A stretch of DNA of 64,000 nucleotides from Succinatimonas sp. Its GTDB lineage: Bacteria; Pseudomonadota; Gammaproteobacteria; Enterobacterales; Succinivibrionaceae. The stretch spans positions 3,270 to 67,269 of the forward strand of contig JALEXT010000022.1 in the NCBI GenBank assembly GCA_022779845.1, written 5' to 3'. How positions within the stretch are numbered: position 1 is the stretch's first letter; every line of letters starts with the position of its first letter. Positions 42,863 through 53,195 of this stretch are shown piece by piece. A program made the translations under genes and the position numbers. The notes beneath the pieces are model-generated. The model did not search any database. It was not told where the DNA came from and worked only from the letters and a program-made list of their open reading frames with translations.

Positions 42863-44389
42863 TTAACGCAGGAACTGCTGATAAGTACTGTTGGAGGTTA
42901 CCTCAGTGACCGGATAGCCGACCTTTCTTATGAAGTCCATCACGCCTTCCTCCTTGCCGGTTACGTCAAAACCGCAAAGCACGCTGCAGAACTCCAAGCC
43001 GGTGATACGGAAATGGAAAAGCGTAATACTGTAAGAATCCCCCAAAGTTTCCAAGAAACGCAGTAAAGCATTTGATGTGGCAGGAAACTCGAACAGGAAA
43101 AGTTTTTCCGTGATTTTCGAATGCAAGTGACCACCGATCAGGTAACGAACATGATCCTTAGCGATTGTGTCGTCGGTAAGATCCGATACCAAATAACCTT
43201 TCTTCTTTAACGACTTACTGATCTCTCCTAACTCTTTTTTACCTCCGGTAAGTTCAATGGAGGCAAAAACTCGTGCTCTTTGGGAATCAGCCAGACGATA
43301 ACTGAATTCGGTTACGGTTCTTGAACCTATGGCTTTACAAAATTCAAGGAATGAGCCTTGTGTTTCAGGGATCTCTACAGAAAGAATGCCTTCCGTCATT
43401 TCACCGACATCACAACGCTCGGCAACCAAACGCAAAGTATGGAATTTAACATTGGCACCTGAAAGAATGGCTACGAAATTTCCGCTCTTGCAATTATGTT
43501 CACGCACATACTTTTTCAAACCGGCAAGAGACAATGCTCCCGAAGGTTCTGCAATGGCACGGGTATCATCGAAAATATCTTTCATTGCCGCACAAATTTC
43601 ATCATTGGTGCATGTAACGATATCGTCAAGATATTTGCTTAAAACCCGGAACGTTTCCGTACCAGCCTTACTTACAGCCACGCCGTCAGCAAAGTGAGAC
43701 ACATAGCCTATATCCACAGGCTTTCCGGCTTTAAGCGCAGCTTTCATGCTGGCACTTCCTTCAGCCTCAACACCTACAACCTTAATTTCAGGTAACAGTG
43801 CCTTGATGTAAACAGCTATGCCCGAGGCCAATCCGCCACCGCCAATCTGCACGAAGATGGTATCAATGTCATCACATTGGCCGACGATCTCATGAGCTAT
43901 GGTACCTTGTCCCGTGATCACCTCAGGATCATCGTAAGGGGGGATCATGGTAAATCCCTTCTTGCGAGACAACTGCTGAGCATAATCGTAGGATTGGTTA
44001 AAGCTGTCTCCGTACAAAACGACTTCAGCTCCGTAGTGACGCACTGCATCAACTTTAAGATCCGGGGTAGTAGTCGGCATGACAATCACGGACCTTACTC
44101 CAAGTTTCTGAGTAGACAAAGCCACTCCCTGAGCATGGTTACCGGCAGAGGCCGTGATCACACCGGCTTTAAGCTGAGAAGGAGTAAGTCCTTTGATCAT
44201 GTTATAGGCACCGCGCAGTTTAAACGAGTGGATTTTTTGCAAATCCTCACGCTTTAACAGCACATTCACGCCTAATCTTGATGACAAAGACTCCAATTTC
44301 TGCAAAGGCGTCACTTTTACCAAATCGTAAATACGCGCCAGAAGAATTTTGTGCAGATACTCCTGCGCATCGTATTGTTTTTCGCTCAT
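42863..44389 (-). CDS. ilvA: threonine ammonia-lyase, biosynthetic
   Basis: KREDLQ..SFKLRGAYN, SAGNHAQG, GGGGL, AEPSGAL, C-terminal regulatory repeats (TEFSYR). Confidence 0.96.
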   Translation of the reverse strand: MSEKQYDAQEYLHKILLARIYDLVKVTPLQKLESLSSRLGVNVLLKREDLQKIHSFKLRGAYNMIKGLTPSQLKAGVITASAGNHAQGVALSTQKLGVRSVIVMPTTTPDLKVDAVRHYGAEVVLYGDSFNQSYDYAQQLSRKKGFTMIPPYDDPEVITGQGTIAHEIVGQCDDIDTIFVQIGGGGLASGIAVYIKALLPEIKVVGVEAEGSASMKAALKAGKPVDIGYVSHFADGVAVSKAGTETFRVLSKYLDDIVTCTNDEICAAMKDIFDDTRAIAEPSGALSLAGLKKYVREHNCKSGNFVAILSGANVKFHTLRLVAERCDVGEMTEGILSVEIPETQGSFLEFCKAIGSRTVTEFSYRLADSQRARVFASIELTGGKKELGEISKSLKKKGYLVSDLTDDTIAKDHVRYLIGGHLHSKITEKLFLFEFPATSNALLRFLETLGDSYSITLFHFRITGLEFCSVLCGFDVTGKEEGVMDFIRKVGYPVTEVTSNSTYQQFLR

Positions 44390-44394
44390 GGGAA

Positions 44395-46245
44395 TTAAAG
44401 TCCTTCCAATTTGCTGCGATCGCGTACACCGCCCTTATCGGCGCTTGAAGCCATCTTCGCATAGGCACGCAGGGCAAAGGAAACCTGACGATCGCGATGT
44501 TCAGGTTGCCAGGCCTTATTGCCCTTGGCCTCCATGGCAGCACGACGTTTGGCCAGTTCTTCATCGGAAACAGCCATGCGAATAGTACGATTGGGGATAT
44601 CTATCTCAATAATATCGTTTTCCTCCAAAAGACCTATATTGCCGCCGTTAGCTGCTTCAGGAGATACGTGACCTATGGAAAGACCTGATGAACCGCCGGA
44701 AAAACGTCCGTCGGTGATCAAGGCGCATTTTTTACCCAGACCGACTGATTTTATGTACGAGGTAGGATAGAGCATCTCCTGCATGCCGGGACCGCCGCGA
44801 GGACCTTCATACCTTACGATCACCACGTCGCCTGCCTTTACTTTGCCGCCTAAAATGCCGTCAACGGCATCTTCCTGAGACTCAAATATTCTTGCAGGTC
44901 CCACGAACTTCAAAATAGACTGATCGACACCGGCCGTTTTAACTATGCAACCGTTAACCGCCAAATTACCGTGCAATACAGCCAATCCGCCGTCTTTTGA
45001 ATAAGCGTGTTCAATATCGTGAATGCAACCGTTGGTACGATCCAAATCCAGCTTATCCACATAAGTTTCCTGCGAAAAAGCCTGAATACACTGTCTGCCT
45101 GCACCTACTGATTTATAAAATTTCAGAATTTCAGGATCACTGGTCTTTTCAATGTCGTATTTGTCGATCTGTTCACCCAAGCTCAAGCCGCTTACGGTAC
45201 GACTGTCCTCATGTAACAAGCCGTGCTTCTTGAGTTGAGCCAAAATATTCATGATCCCGCCTGCATTGTGCACTTCCTCCATATGATATTCATGTGTAGA
45301 AGGTGAAACCTTACAGATATGCGGGATTTTACGGGATAAGGCATCTATGTCGGTCATAGTAAAATCGACACCGGCTTCCTGAGCAACGGCCAAAAGATGA
45401 AGCACGGTATTTGTGGAGCCGCCCATGGCAATATCCAAAGACATAGCGTTTTCGAAAGTATTGCGGGTTGCTATTGAACGCGGCAAAACGGACTCATCAT
45501 CATGTTCATAATAAGCTTTGGCCATCTCAACAATACGATGAGCAGCCTTAATGAACAGCTCCTTACGCTTAACATGAGTTGCAACCAAAGATCCGTTGCC
45601 TGGCAATGACAATCCTAAAGCCTCAGTTAACGAATTCATCGAATTGGCAGTAAACATACCAGAGCATGAACCGCAAGTAGGGCAGGCGGCATATTCAATA
45701 TCGCTTACTTCCTTATCGGTGACACCTGGTTCTGCAGATACGATCATGGCGTCGATAAGGTCTACCTTATAATCACAGCCCTTCATGCGACCTGCTTCCA
45801 TCGGCCCGCCTGAAACAAAGATCGTAGGAATGTTAAGACGCATGGCAGCCATCAGCATACCGGGAGTTACTTTATCGCAGTTTGAGATACAAACCAAAGC
45901 ATCAGCTTTGTGTGCATTGACCATGTACTCAACAGAATCGGCAATAATGTCGCGAGAAGGTAACGAATAAAGCATGCCATCATGGCCCATAGCAATACCG
46001 TCATCAACTGCAATGGTATTAAACTCTTTGGCTATACCGCCTGCTTTTTCAATTTCCTTTACTACGAGCTGACCAATGTCATGCAAATGTACATGACCTG
46101 GCACAAATTGAGTAAAAGAATTGGCAACGGCAATGATCGGTTTACCAAAATCCTCATCTTTCATACCGGTAGCTTTCCACAATGCTCTGGCACCGGCCAT
46201 CTTCTTTTCTTTGTAAGTAATACTTGAGCGATAAGCTTTAGGCAT
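44395..46245 (-). CDS. ilvD: dihydroxy-acid dehydratase
   Basis: [47 protein letters not shown]. Confidence 0.98.
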   Translation of the reverse strand: MPKAYRSSITYKEKKMAGARALWKATGMKDEDFGKPIIAVANSFTQFVPGHVHLHDIGQLVVKEIEKAGGIAKEFNTIAVDDGIAMGHDGMLYSLPSRDIIADSVEYMVNAHKADALVCISNCDKVTPGMLMAAMRLNIPTIFVSGGPMEAGRMKGCDYKVDLIDAMIVSAEPGVTDKEVSDIEYAACPTCGSCSGMFTANSMNSLTEALGLSLPGNGSLVATHVKRKELFIKAAHRIVEMAKAYYEHDDESVLPRSIATRNTFENAMSLDIAMGGSTNTVLHLLAVAQEAGVDFTMTDIDALSRKIPHICKVSPSTHEYHMEEVHNAGGIMNILAQLKKHGLLHEDSRTVSGLSLGEQIDKYDIEKTSDPEILKFYKSVGAGRQCIQAFSQETYVDKLDLDRTNGCIHDIEHAYSKDGGLAVLHGNLAVNGCIVKTAGVDQSILKFVGPARIFESQEDAVDGILGGKVKAGDVVIVRYEGPRGGPGMQEMLYPTSYIKSVGLGKKCALITDGRFSGGSSGLSIGHVSPEAANGGNIGLLEENDIIEIDIPNRTIRMAVSDEELAKRRAAMEAKGNKAWQPEHRDRQVSFALRAYAKMASSADKGGVRDRSKLEGL

Positions 46246-46259
46246 TTTTTTGTTCCTAT

Positions 46260-46295
46260 AAAAAAACCCGCATGGGTCCTTCGGATTGCGGGTTT
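46260..46295 (-). terminator. terminator-like hairpin between ilvE and ilvD
   Basis: AAACCCGCA/TGCGGGTTT stem with a T-run on the minus strand. Confidence 0.6.
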
Positions 46296-46337
46296 ATAAA
46301 TTCAAAATTCAATTCGTTTTAAAATTCTAAAATCAGA

Positions 46338-47264
46338 TCAGTCATTGCACGGGGTCAGCCAGCCGTACTTATCTTCGATCTTACCTTGAACATAATCGAA
46401 GAAGTGCTGCTGCAAAGCCTCAGTAATAGGGCCGCGATGACCGGGGCCGACATCCAGGCCGTCTACTGATGCTATAGGAGTGATTTCTGCAGCCGTACCG
46501 GTAAAGAAAGCTTCGTCAGCACCGTATACAGCTTCACGAGCCAATCTCTTTTCAACCACTTCATAGCCCAAGTCATGAGCAAAATGGATCACGGCATCAC
46601 GAGTAATGCCGGGGAGCAAGCCGCAGGTGAAAGGTGCTGTGTACAGAACTTTATCCTTAACGATAAAGACATTCTCACCTGAACCTTCGGAAATATAACC
46701 GTTTACATCCAAAGCAATTGCCTCATCATAACCGTTTCCGGTCACTTCGTTGGCAATCAAAATGGAAGATAAGTAGTTACCGGCAGCTTTTGCTTCGGTA
46801 GGAATAGTATCCGGAGCCAGACGGCGCCAGGAAGAAACAGCTACGCGAATACCTTTCTTAAGGCCTTCTTCGCCGAGGTAGGCTCCCCAAGGCAGAGCAC
46901 AAACCATGGCATCTGCATTCACGCCTTTCTTAAATTTAACTCCCAAGCCGACTTCGCCCATAAAAATCAAAGGACGAATATATCCGTATTCCATACCGTT
47001 GGCAGAAATTGATTTTCTGCAGGCCTCCATGATGTCTTCTTTGGAGAATCCGACGGGGAAGCGATAAATTCTGGCAGAGTTAAACAAACGATTGATGTGA
47101 TCTTTCAAACGGAAGATCTGGGGACCCTTCTCTGTTTTATAAGCTCTGATCCCTTCAAAAACGGCTGAGCCATAGTGCAGGGCATGAGCGGTTACGTGAA
47201 CTTTAGCGCTCTCCCAAGGAACCATATTACCGTTGTACCACAATGACTTAGGATGATCAGCCAT
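46338..47264 (-). CDS. ilvE: branched-chain amino acid aminotransferase
   Basis: ALHYGSAVFEGIRAY, YIRP, AKAAGNY, EGSGENVF, LPGITR, TGTAAEITP. Confidence 0.96.
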   Translation of the reverse strand: MADHPKSLWYNGNMVPWESAKVHVTAHALHYGSAVFEGIRAYKTEKGPQIFRLKDHINRLFNSARIYRFPVGFSKEDIMEACRKSISANGMEYGYIRPLIFMGEVGLGVKFKKGVNADAMVCALPWGAYLGEEGLKKGIRVAVSSWRRLAPDTIPTEAKAAGNYLSSILIANEVTGNGYDEAIALDVNGYISEGSGENVFIVKDKVLYTAPFTCGLLPGITRDAVIHFAHDLGYEVVEKRLAREAVYGADEAFFTGTAAEITPIASVDGLDVGPGHRGPITEALQQHFFDYVQGKIEDKYGWLTPCND

Positions 47265-47515
47265 TTTTCATACCTCTATTATTTCAGCTTTTTTAGGCGG
47301 CAGGTAAAATTTCCCAACCGCAACTTCGTTCAGTGTAGCACAGGCGTTCGTATATGCCTGAAAGCAGGCTAAAACTAAAACTTGCGTCCATGTCTGTGAT
47401 TAGGATTATATATCATAATTTGGAACGCAAAGCAGTCTATATTCCCTTTTTTGCAAAAAATATTAACAACGGCTATTTTGCTAAAATAATGCGGTTTTAA
47501 AACGAGGAATTAAAT

Positions 47516-48430
47516 ATGCTGGCCTTTTTGCCGAGCCCTGTGCTCTTGCTGTTAAACTGCATTCTCATACCGCTTAACTGTGTAGTTATAGCCACTCCGA
47601 TCATGTTATTAGGGTTGATCCGTATACTCATTCCCTTATCTCTGATTGCAAATTTATGTGAAAGATGCAATTTCTGGCTTTACAGGATTTGGGTTTTTGA
47701 CAATGCCATGATTTTAAAACTTACCAACAATATCAAATGGCATATATCAGGCGATCAAGTACCCAAAATCAGAAAATCATGTGTAGTGATCTCTAATCAC
47801 TTAAGCTGGGCCGACATCATTATTCTCTGTTGCGTGTACCGCGGTCGTATTCCCACTACAAAATTCTTTATGAAGCATTCACTTATCTACATTCCGTTTG
47901 TAGGACTGGCTTGTTATGCTTTGGGCATGCCTTTCTTACGTCGCTACTCACGGGAAAAGCTTTTAAAAGATCCGAAATTGCGTAACGCTGATATCGAAAG
48001 CACTAAAAAAGCCTGCAAACGTTTAGTAGCCAATCCTTCGTCACTCATAAATTTTGTCGAGGGTACCCGTTTCACGCCGATCAAAGCAAAACTTGCGCGT
48101 TCACAATACCAAAACCTGATGCCGCCAAAAGCAGCTTCCGTGGCCATAGCTTTAGGGGAAATCGGCAAGGATATAGACTACGTATTTAATACCACGCTCG
48201 TATATCCTCATAACAGATATCCGTCCAAACCGTTTATTGATCTCTTAAAGGGAAGACTTAAGGATGTATATGCCGACATAGAATTAGTGAACGTGACCCC
48301 AGAAATCAGCGGCGACTATTTAGGAGACAAAGCATACAAACATCAGTTCACTATGCACTTACGCGATGTTTGGCAGGAAAAAGACCAAAAAATCTCAAAA
48401 ATTCTGCAAGATGCCGCCTCTCAAAAGTAA
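47516..48430 (+). CDS. yihG: acyltransferase (YihG/PlsC-like)
   Basis: SNHLSWADI, KFFMK..LIYIPFVGLAC.ALGMPF..RYSR, NFVEGTRFT; neighbour of dsbA. Confidence 0.85.
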   Translation: MLAFLPSPVLLLLNCILIPLNCVVIATPIMLLGLIRILIPLSLIANLCERCNFWLYRIWVFDNAMILKLTNNIKWHISGDQVPKIRKSCVVISNHLSWADIIILCCVYRGRIPTTKFFMKHSLIYIPFVGLACYALGMPFLRRYSREKLLKDPKLRNADIESTKKACKRLVANPSSLINFVEGTRFTPIKAKLARSQYQNLMPPKAASVAIALGEIGKDIDYVFNTTLVYPHNRYPSKPFIDLLKGRLKDVYADIELVNVTPEISGDYLGDKAYKHQFTMHLRDVWQEKDQKISKILQDAASQK

Positions 48431-48450
48431 AAAATACATTTTCCTTACAG

Positions 48451-48489
48451 AAAAGGATCGTTTTATTAGCGATCCTTTCTTTATTTTTT
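48451..48489. terminator. intrinsic terminator between convergent yihG and dsbA
   Basis: AAAGGATCG/CGATCCTTT stem flanked by A and T runs. Confidence 0.6.
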
Positions 48490-48529
48490 CAAAGAGCTAT
48501 GTCACTGTTTAGTGATGTAGCCATGTTGC

Positions 48530-49147
48530 CTAGTTGAGCGTCAGCAAATAATCTATAACTGCATTCAATTGCTCCACGTTATCAATGTCATCCATTTTTA
48601 CTACGTATTTGCCATTGACCATAATCTCAGGAACTGCTTCAATCTTTGCATATTCAGCCGAATTATCCCAAGAAGACACCATACCTTTGACTACGAATGA
48701 ATTGTATGACTGCAAAGCTTTTTCAGAAGGAATGCCGACATCCCCTAATTTTTCAATAAAGAAATCCAGATTTTGCGGCTCTTCATTGTCAACATGAATG
48801 GATTTAAAGAGCAAATCCTCATATTGATCGGCAACTCCGGCTACTTGTGCAACGGCATAGGTTGTCTCTGAATAAACCCCCAAATCTCCGCCTAAAACAT
48901 AAACAGGATTCATTACAAACTCTGCTTTTCCCGAGAAATGATCACGCACCTGGTGAAACTGCTCTCTCATGGCAAAACAGTGTCCGCAGAAAAATGAGAA
49001 ATATTCGCGGATCTCGGGTTTTTCCGATTTCACCGTTCCCCTTACCTCATAATCCTTGCCTTCTACATAATCTTTTGCCTGAACAGAAGCTGTGAATAAA
49101 ATTACTGCGGCAATGAATACGGTGCTTTTAACTAATTTTGCAAACAT
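48530..49147 (-). CDS. dsbA: thiol:disulfide interchange protein DsbA family
   Basis: Signal peptide, YVEGKDY, EYFSFFCGHC, cis-Pro loop AVPEIMVNGKY. Confidence 0.9.
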   Translation of the reverse strand: MFAKLVKSTVFIAAVILFTASVQAKDYVEGKDYEVRGTVKSEKPEIREYFSFFCGHCFAMREQFHQVRDHFSGKAEFVMNPVYVLGGDLGVYSETTYAVAQVAGVADQYEDLLFKSIHVDNEEPQNLDFFIEKLGDVGIPSEKALQSYNSFVVKGMVSSWDNSAEYAKIEAVPEIMVNGKYVVKMDDIDNVEQLNAVIDYLLTLN

Positions 49148-49160
49148 TTAAATCCCCAAA

Positions 49161-50258
49161 TCAATCTTCAATCAAAATATCGAATGTATCTTTGTCCCAC
49201 TTGGAAACTCGCTCTCGCAATTTTTCCGGATCTTCACGCTGACTTTTTAATCCGCATCCTGCAATCCTATATAAAACTTTGGTAAAAAAATTGTTTCCAG
49301 CACACAAAGAAGTCAGAAGATACAACAATTTAACTTTACGCCTCGTGATTTTTTTCTTGCTGAAAGATGAATCTTGCATAAGTCTTAAGGTTGCAACTGC
49401 CATGCAAATATTAAGTAAGCAGAATTTTCTGATCCCGCACTGCGTAACCGGAATATGCAAAATAAAATCCAGCGCATCATCAAGATGCCCTTTGGTCAAA
49501 GCTAAATATTTAGCCATTCCTTCACTGCTTTGCGCATCATCAGGTAAAAAACTTACTCCGCGTTTTGCATCTTCCAGCCTGTCCTTCAGAATATTGGTAA
49601 GTTGCAGACCTTCTCCGAAACTTACCGAAAGTTTCAAGAGAACCTCTTTGTCTATATTGCTGTCTGCTCTTGCAAAAATGCAAGCTAACAGCTCCCCGAC
49701 TACACCTGCCACGAAATAACAATATTCATCGACATCCTGAACAGTTGCAATCGTTACGCCGTTTAAGCTTTTTGCCATGCCGTAACACAAAATAGCTACA
49801 CCGCGTGACAAGATCCTTTTTACTGGCTGCGGGTAAGACAAAGTACGCTTCAATACCGGGATCATCTCCTTAATCAAAGCTAATTCACTTTCCTTTGCTC
49901 CTTTTTCCACCAGCTCAACTGCTTTGGAACTTAACGACATAAGTTGCATTTCATCTGCAAATCCGCCGGAAGCAAAATCGGCAAACTCTTTTAGCCATGC
50001 CCGCTTTTTATCAACAGGAGCTTTAGGATCATCCTCCACCGTATCGGCAATACGGCAGAGCAAATAGGCATTTGAAATCTGATCAGCAATTTCTTTTGGT
50101 AAAAGGGGTATAGTCAATGCAAAAGTACGCGACACCTTGATAAGATGCTGATGCTGACGTTCCGATGTAATTGCTTGATCCTGCATGTTTGCCTCGTTGA
50201 TATTTAGTGCAAACATTGTACCAGTAAGCTCATCGAGAATGCTCCAAAATCTCGCCAT
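49161..50258 (-). CDS. squalene/phytoene synthase family protein
   Basis: VSRTFALTI, AYLLCRIADTVEDD, DEYCYFVAGVVGELL, FGEGLQLTNILKDRLEDAKRG..FLP; start uncertain. Confidence 0.88.
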   Translation of the reverse strand: MARFWSILDELTGTMFALNINEANMQDQAITSERQHQHLIKVSRTFALTIPLLPKEIADQISNAYLLCRIADTVEDDPKAPVDKKRAWLKEFADFASGGFADEMQLMSLSSKAVELVEKGAKESELALIKEMIPVLKRTLSYPQPVKRILSRGVAILCYGMAKSLNGVTIATVQDVDEYCYFVAGVVGELLACIFARADSNIDKEVLLKLSVSFGEGLQLTNILKDRLEDAKRGVSFLPDDAQSSEGMAKYLALTKGHLDDALDFILHIPVTQCGIRKFCLLNICMAVATLRLMQDSSFSKKKITRRKVKLLYLLTSLCAGNNFFTKVLYRIAGCGLKSQREDPEKLRERVSKWDKDTFDILIED

Positions 50259-50378
50259 AAAGACCTGCGAACACAGTCAACTTTAAAAAAGATAAGGTTC
50301 GTTTAAAATACTTTTCAAAGCAGTGATGAGTACCCTTTCATATAAACGTTACCAAAGGATATATTTTGGAGAAAAAAA

Positions 50379-50804
50379 ATGACAGCAAATGAGGAAGAGA
50401 AAATAATTGAACCGCCTTCAGGCAATTTACTGTTACGCACGTTGGCAATGCCAGGCGATACCAATCCTGCAGGAGATATCTTCGGCGGATGGATCATGTC
50501 CCAAATGGATATTGCAGGCTCACTTTTAGCAAGAGAAATAGCCTGCGGTCGTGTAGTAACCGTTGCCGTCGACAGCCTCACATTTGTTAAACCGGTGAAA
50601 GTGGGGGATGTGGTCTGCTGTTACGGACACTGTAGCAAAAGAGGCAGAACTTCAATCACCGTAGAGCTTGAGCTGTGGGTAAAAAAGATCGTCGTGCAAA
50701 ACGAAAAGGAAAATGTTATCCGTTATCGTGTCACCAAAGCTCACTATACTTATGTGAAAGTGGATGCCCAAGGTAAACCGACGCCTCTTCCTCCTGAAAA
50801 TTAA
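50379..50804 (+). CDS. yciA: acyl-CoA thioesterase YciA (hotdog fold)
   Basis: LRTLAMPGDTNPAGDIFGGWIMSQMD, VVTVAV, PVKVGDVVCCY. Confidence 0.93.
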   Translation: MTANEEEKIIEPPSGNLLLRTLAMPGDTNPAGDIFGGWIMSQMDIAGSLLAREIACGRVVTVAVDSLTFVKPVKVGDVVCCYGHCSKRGRTSITVELELWVKKIVVQNEKENVIRYRVTKAHYTYVKVDAQGKPTPLPPEN

Positions 50805-50824
50805 TGGAATGGATCGATTCAAAA

Positions 50825-51460
50825 TCAATAATGCAGAAGCTCGTTTTCTTTAAAACTTGAAATTATTCCTTTTACGACGCGATCGTAGTTGCGGCGCAGG
50901 TGTTCGCCTTTTCCCATACGCATGTACTCTACGAACCCGCAGATAAAAGATCCGAGTACGTCTACAGCAAATTCGATATTCAGATCTGCCGGAAGTTGTT
51001 TTTTCAACACGGAATTACGTAAAGCCGAGCAGACTAAAGCTTCTCTTTTTTCGAACATTCCCTTAAGTTTTTCTCTGACATCATCAGAGCCACACGCTCC
51101 GCTCATAATTTTGTCAACCAAACTGAAAAGAGCTGATGAATAAAACTGCACACTACTGTCATCTCCACACTCTTTAAGCCAAAGAACAATCTTAGACAAA
51201 GGATCTTCTTCTCTGGGATCGGCTGCTTCTGCCAAGGCATCGCTCTTCATGCGATCTAAATTCACTTTTTCGCACAGCTCCACCAGGATTTGTCCTTTGT
51301 CTTTAAAATGCCAATAGATCGCCCCTCTGGTAACTCCGGCAAACCTTGCTATATCCGAAAGACTGGTGCTTTCGTAGCCTCGTCTTGAAAACAACCTGAA
51401 AGCCGAATCCAATATTGCCTGTTTAGTTAATTCGGCATCTTCATGTGTTCTCTTTGCCAT
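50825..51460 (-). CDS. acrR: TetR-family repressor AcrR
   Basis: TSLSDIARFAGVTRGAIYWHFKDK; divergent from acrAB. Confidence 0.88.
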   Translation of the reverse strand: MAKRTHEDAELTKQAILDSAFRLFSRRGYESTSLSDIARFAGVTRGAIYWHFKDKGQILVELCEKVNLDRMKSDALAEAADPREEDPLSKIVLWLKECGDDSSVQFYSSALFSLVDKIMSGACGSDDVREKLKGMFEKREALVCSALRNSVLKKQLPADLNIEFAVDVLGSFICGFVEYMRMGKGEHLRRNYDRVVKGIISSFKENELLHY

Positions 51461-51508
51461 AAAAGTACTCCAGATTAAAGAGGTTTAAAAAACGGAGCGG
51501 ATCATAGC

Positions 51509-51530
51509 ACATACATACACGAATGTATGT
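51509..51530. promoter_or_regulatory. AcrR operator palindrome
   Basis: ACATACATACACGAATGTATGT closely matches the recalled E. coli AcrR site TACATACATTCACAAATGTATGTA. Confidence 0.8.
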
Positions 51531-52006
51531 TATATGCTACAATCTGATAAAATGCAGGAATTCCATCCTCAAAAAGATAAACATTGAACATACAGCTTTT
51601 GCAGTTTGTATAGTCAAATATTTTAATCACGCAGGTAGAATGAACGCTTTTAATACGGGGAGTGAAGCAGAACCTGACCGTTATAGATGCTGAAAATTGT
51701 TGTTTGCAGTTACATTACAGCAAAAATCCGTTGACTAAAAAATGTTGTTTTGTAGTCTTTCAGCAATTGAAATACCAGTGCAAATCTTTCTCTTTTGATA
51801 AGAAAAAATTTGTCTGGATAAAAATGAGTAAGGCTCCCGCAGATCTTCTTTTAATTAAACTGTTTTAGCAGTAAACAAAAGAGTTATTCAGATGATCAGT
51901 TCCCTGTGCATATACAGACAAGAATAATGGATATCTTTTTTGCGCTTTAATTTGCTTACATAACGATTCATCATGACACGCTAGCTTAGCCATCAAAGGA
52001 CTTAAC

Positions 52007-53176
52007 ATGAATGTTTCATTAAAATCACTTTCCCTTATAACTTGTGCCGTTGCTATGGCACTAAGTCTGCAAGGATGTGAAAAACAGCAACAGCAACAAC
52101 AGCAGATGGCCCTGCCGGTTGACGTTCTGCCGGTATTGACCATGGACATGCCGGTAATTTCTCATTTAACCGGTCGTGCCAATTCCACACGAAAAGCCGA
52201 GGTGAGACCTCAGGTTTCAGGAGTCATACAAAAGCGTCTTTTCAAAGAAGGCACTGTAGTCGAACAAGGCATGCAACTGTATCAGATTGACCCAGCAATT
52301 TACGAAGCGCAAGTTGCATCAGCTGAAGCTGCCTTGGCAAGTGCTAAAGCTACCCTGCACAGTTCTCAGTTAAAGGCTGAACGTTTTGCCAGTTTGTTAC
52401 AACAAAAAGCAGTCTCAAAGCAGGACTACGACGATGCACAGGCAGCCTACCTTTCAAACAAGGCTGCAGTCCAATCAGCGCAGGCTGCCCTGAAAACGGC
52501 AAATATCAATTTGGCTTATACAAAAGTTTATGCACCGATCAGCGGCACTATCAGCCGTTCATCTGTAACCGAAGGTGCGTTGGTATCAGCAGCCCAAGCT
52601 TCTCCCATGGCCACTATTCAGCAACTGGATCCGATCTATGTCGACTTAGGACAAACAGTTGAAGATAACATTGCTTTAAGAAAAGCCGCTGCTGCAGGAA
52701 AACTTCAAAATAAAGACGGGAAAGCCACTGTAGACATTTATTTTGCCAGCGGAGAAAAATACCCTTATCAGGGAACACTTGAATTTGCTGAAGTAACCGT
52801 AGACGAATCAACCGGAATGGTAAATTTACGTGCTTTGGTACCTAATCCCGATCACACCATCCTTCCTTCCATGTTCCTGCGCGGAGATATTAACGAAGGC
52901 GTAACCCCGAACGCCACGGTAATTTCCGCATCCGGCGTACAAAGAGAAGCTGGCGGAACTACCTATGCCCTTATTGTTAATGAGCAAAATAAAGTTGAAC
53001 GCCATGATTTGCAGCTTGGCGCTCAGTTTGACAAATACTATTTGGTTAAAAGCGGCGTCAATGCAGGAGACAAGGTAATCGTAAGCAACCTGCAAAAGAT
53101 CCGCGAAGGACAGCCTGTACAAGCTGTTGAACCGCAAAAAGGCGACCAAAACGCCGCTCAATCCCAGAAACAGTAA
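52007..53176 (+). CDS. acrA: RND efflux periplasmic adaptor lipoprotein
   Basis: Lipobox LQGC, AEVRPQVSG, LYQIDPA, INLAYTKVYAPISG, QQLDPIYVD. Confidence 0.92.
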   Translation: MNVSLKSLSLITCAVAMALSLQGCEKQQQQQQQMALPVDVLPVLTMDMPVISHLTGRANSTRKAEVRPQVSGVIQKRLFKEGTVVEQGMQLYQIDPAIYEAQVASAEAALASAKATLHSSQLKAERFASLLQQKAVSKQDYDDAQAAYLSNKAAVQSAQAALKTANINLAYTKVYAPISGTISRSSVTEGALVSAAQASPMATIQQLDPIYVDLGQTVEDNIALRKAAAAGKLQNKDGKATVDIYFASGEKYPYQGTLEFAEVTVDESTGMVNLRALVPNPDHTILPSMFLRGDINEGVTPNATVISASGVQREAGGTTYALIVNEQNKVERHDLQLGAQFDKYYLVKSGVNAGDKVIVSNLQKIREGQPVQAVEPQKGDQNAAQSQKQ

Positions 53177-53195
53177 TTGAGGGAAATAAACACTC

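Noticed and set aside
47293-47391. 32-codon ORF upstream of ilvE as an attenuator leader peptide
   Set aside because: MDASFSFSLLSGIYERL... is not enriched in Ile/Leu/Val runs and has no RBS; the frame containing VLVL has no start codon.
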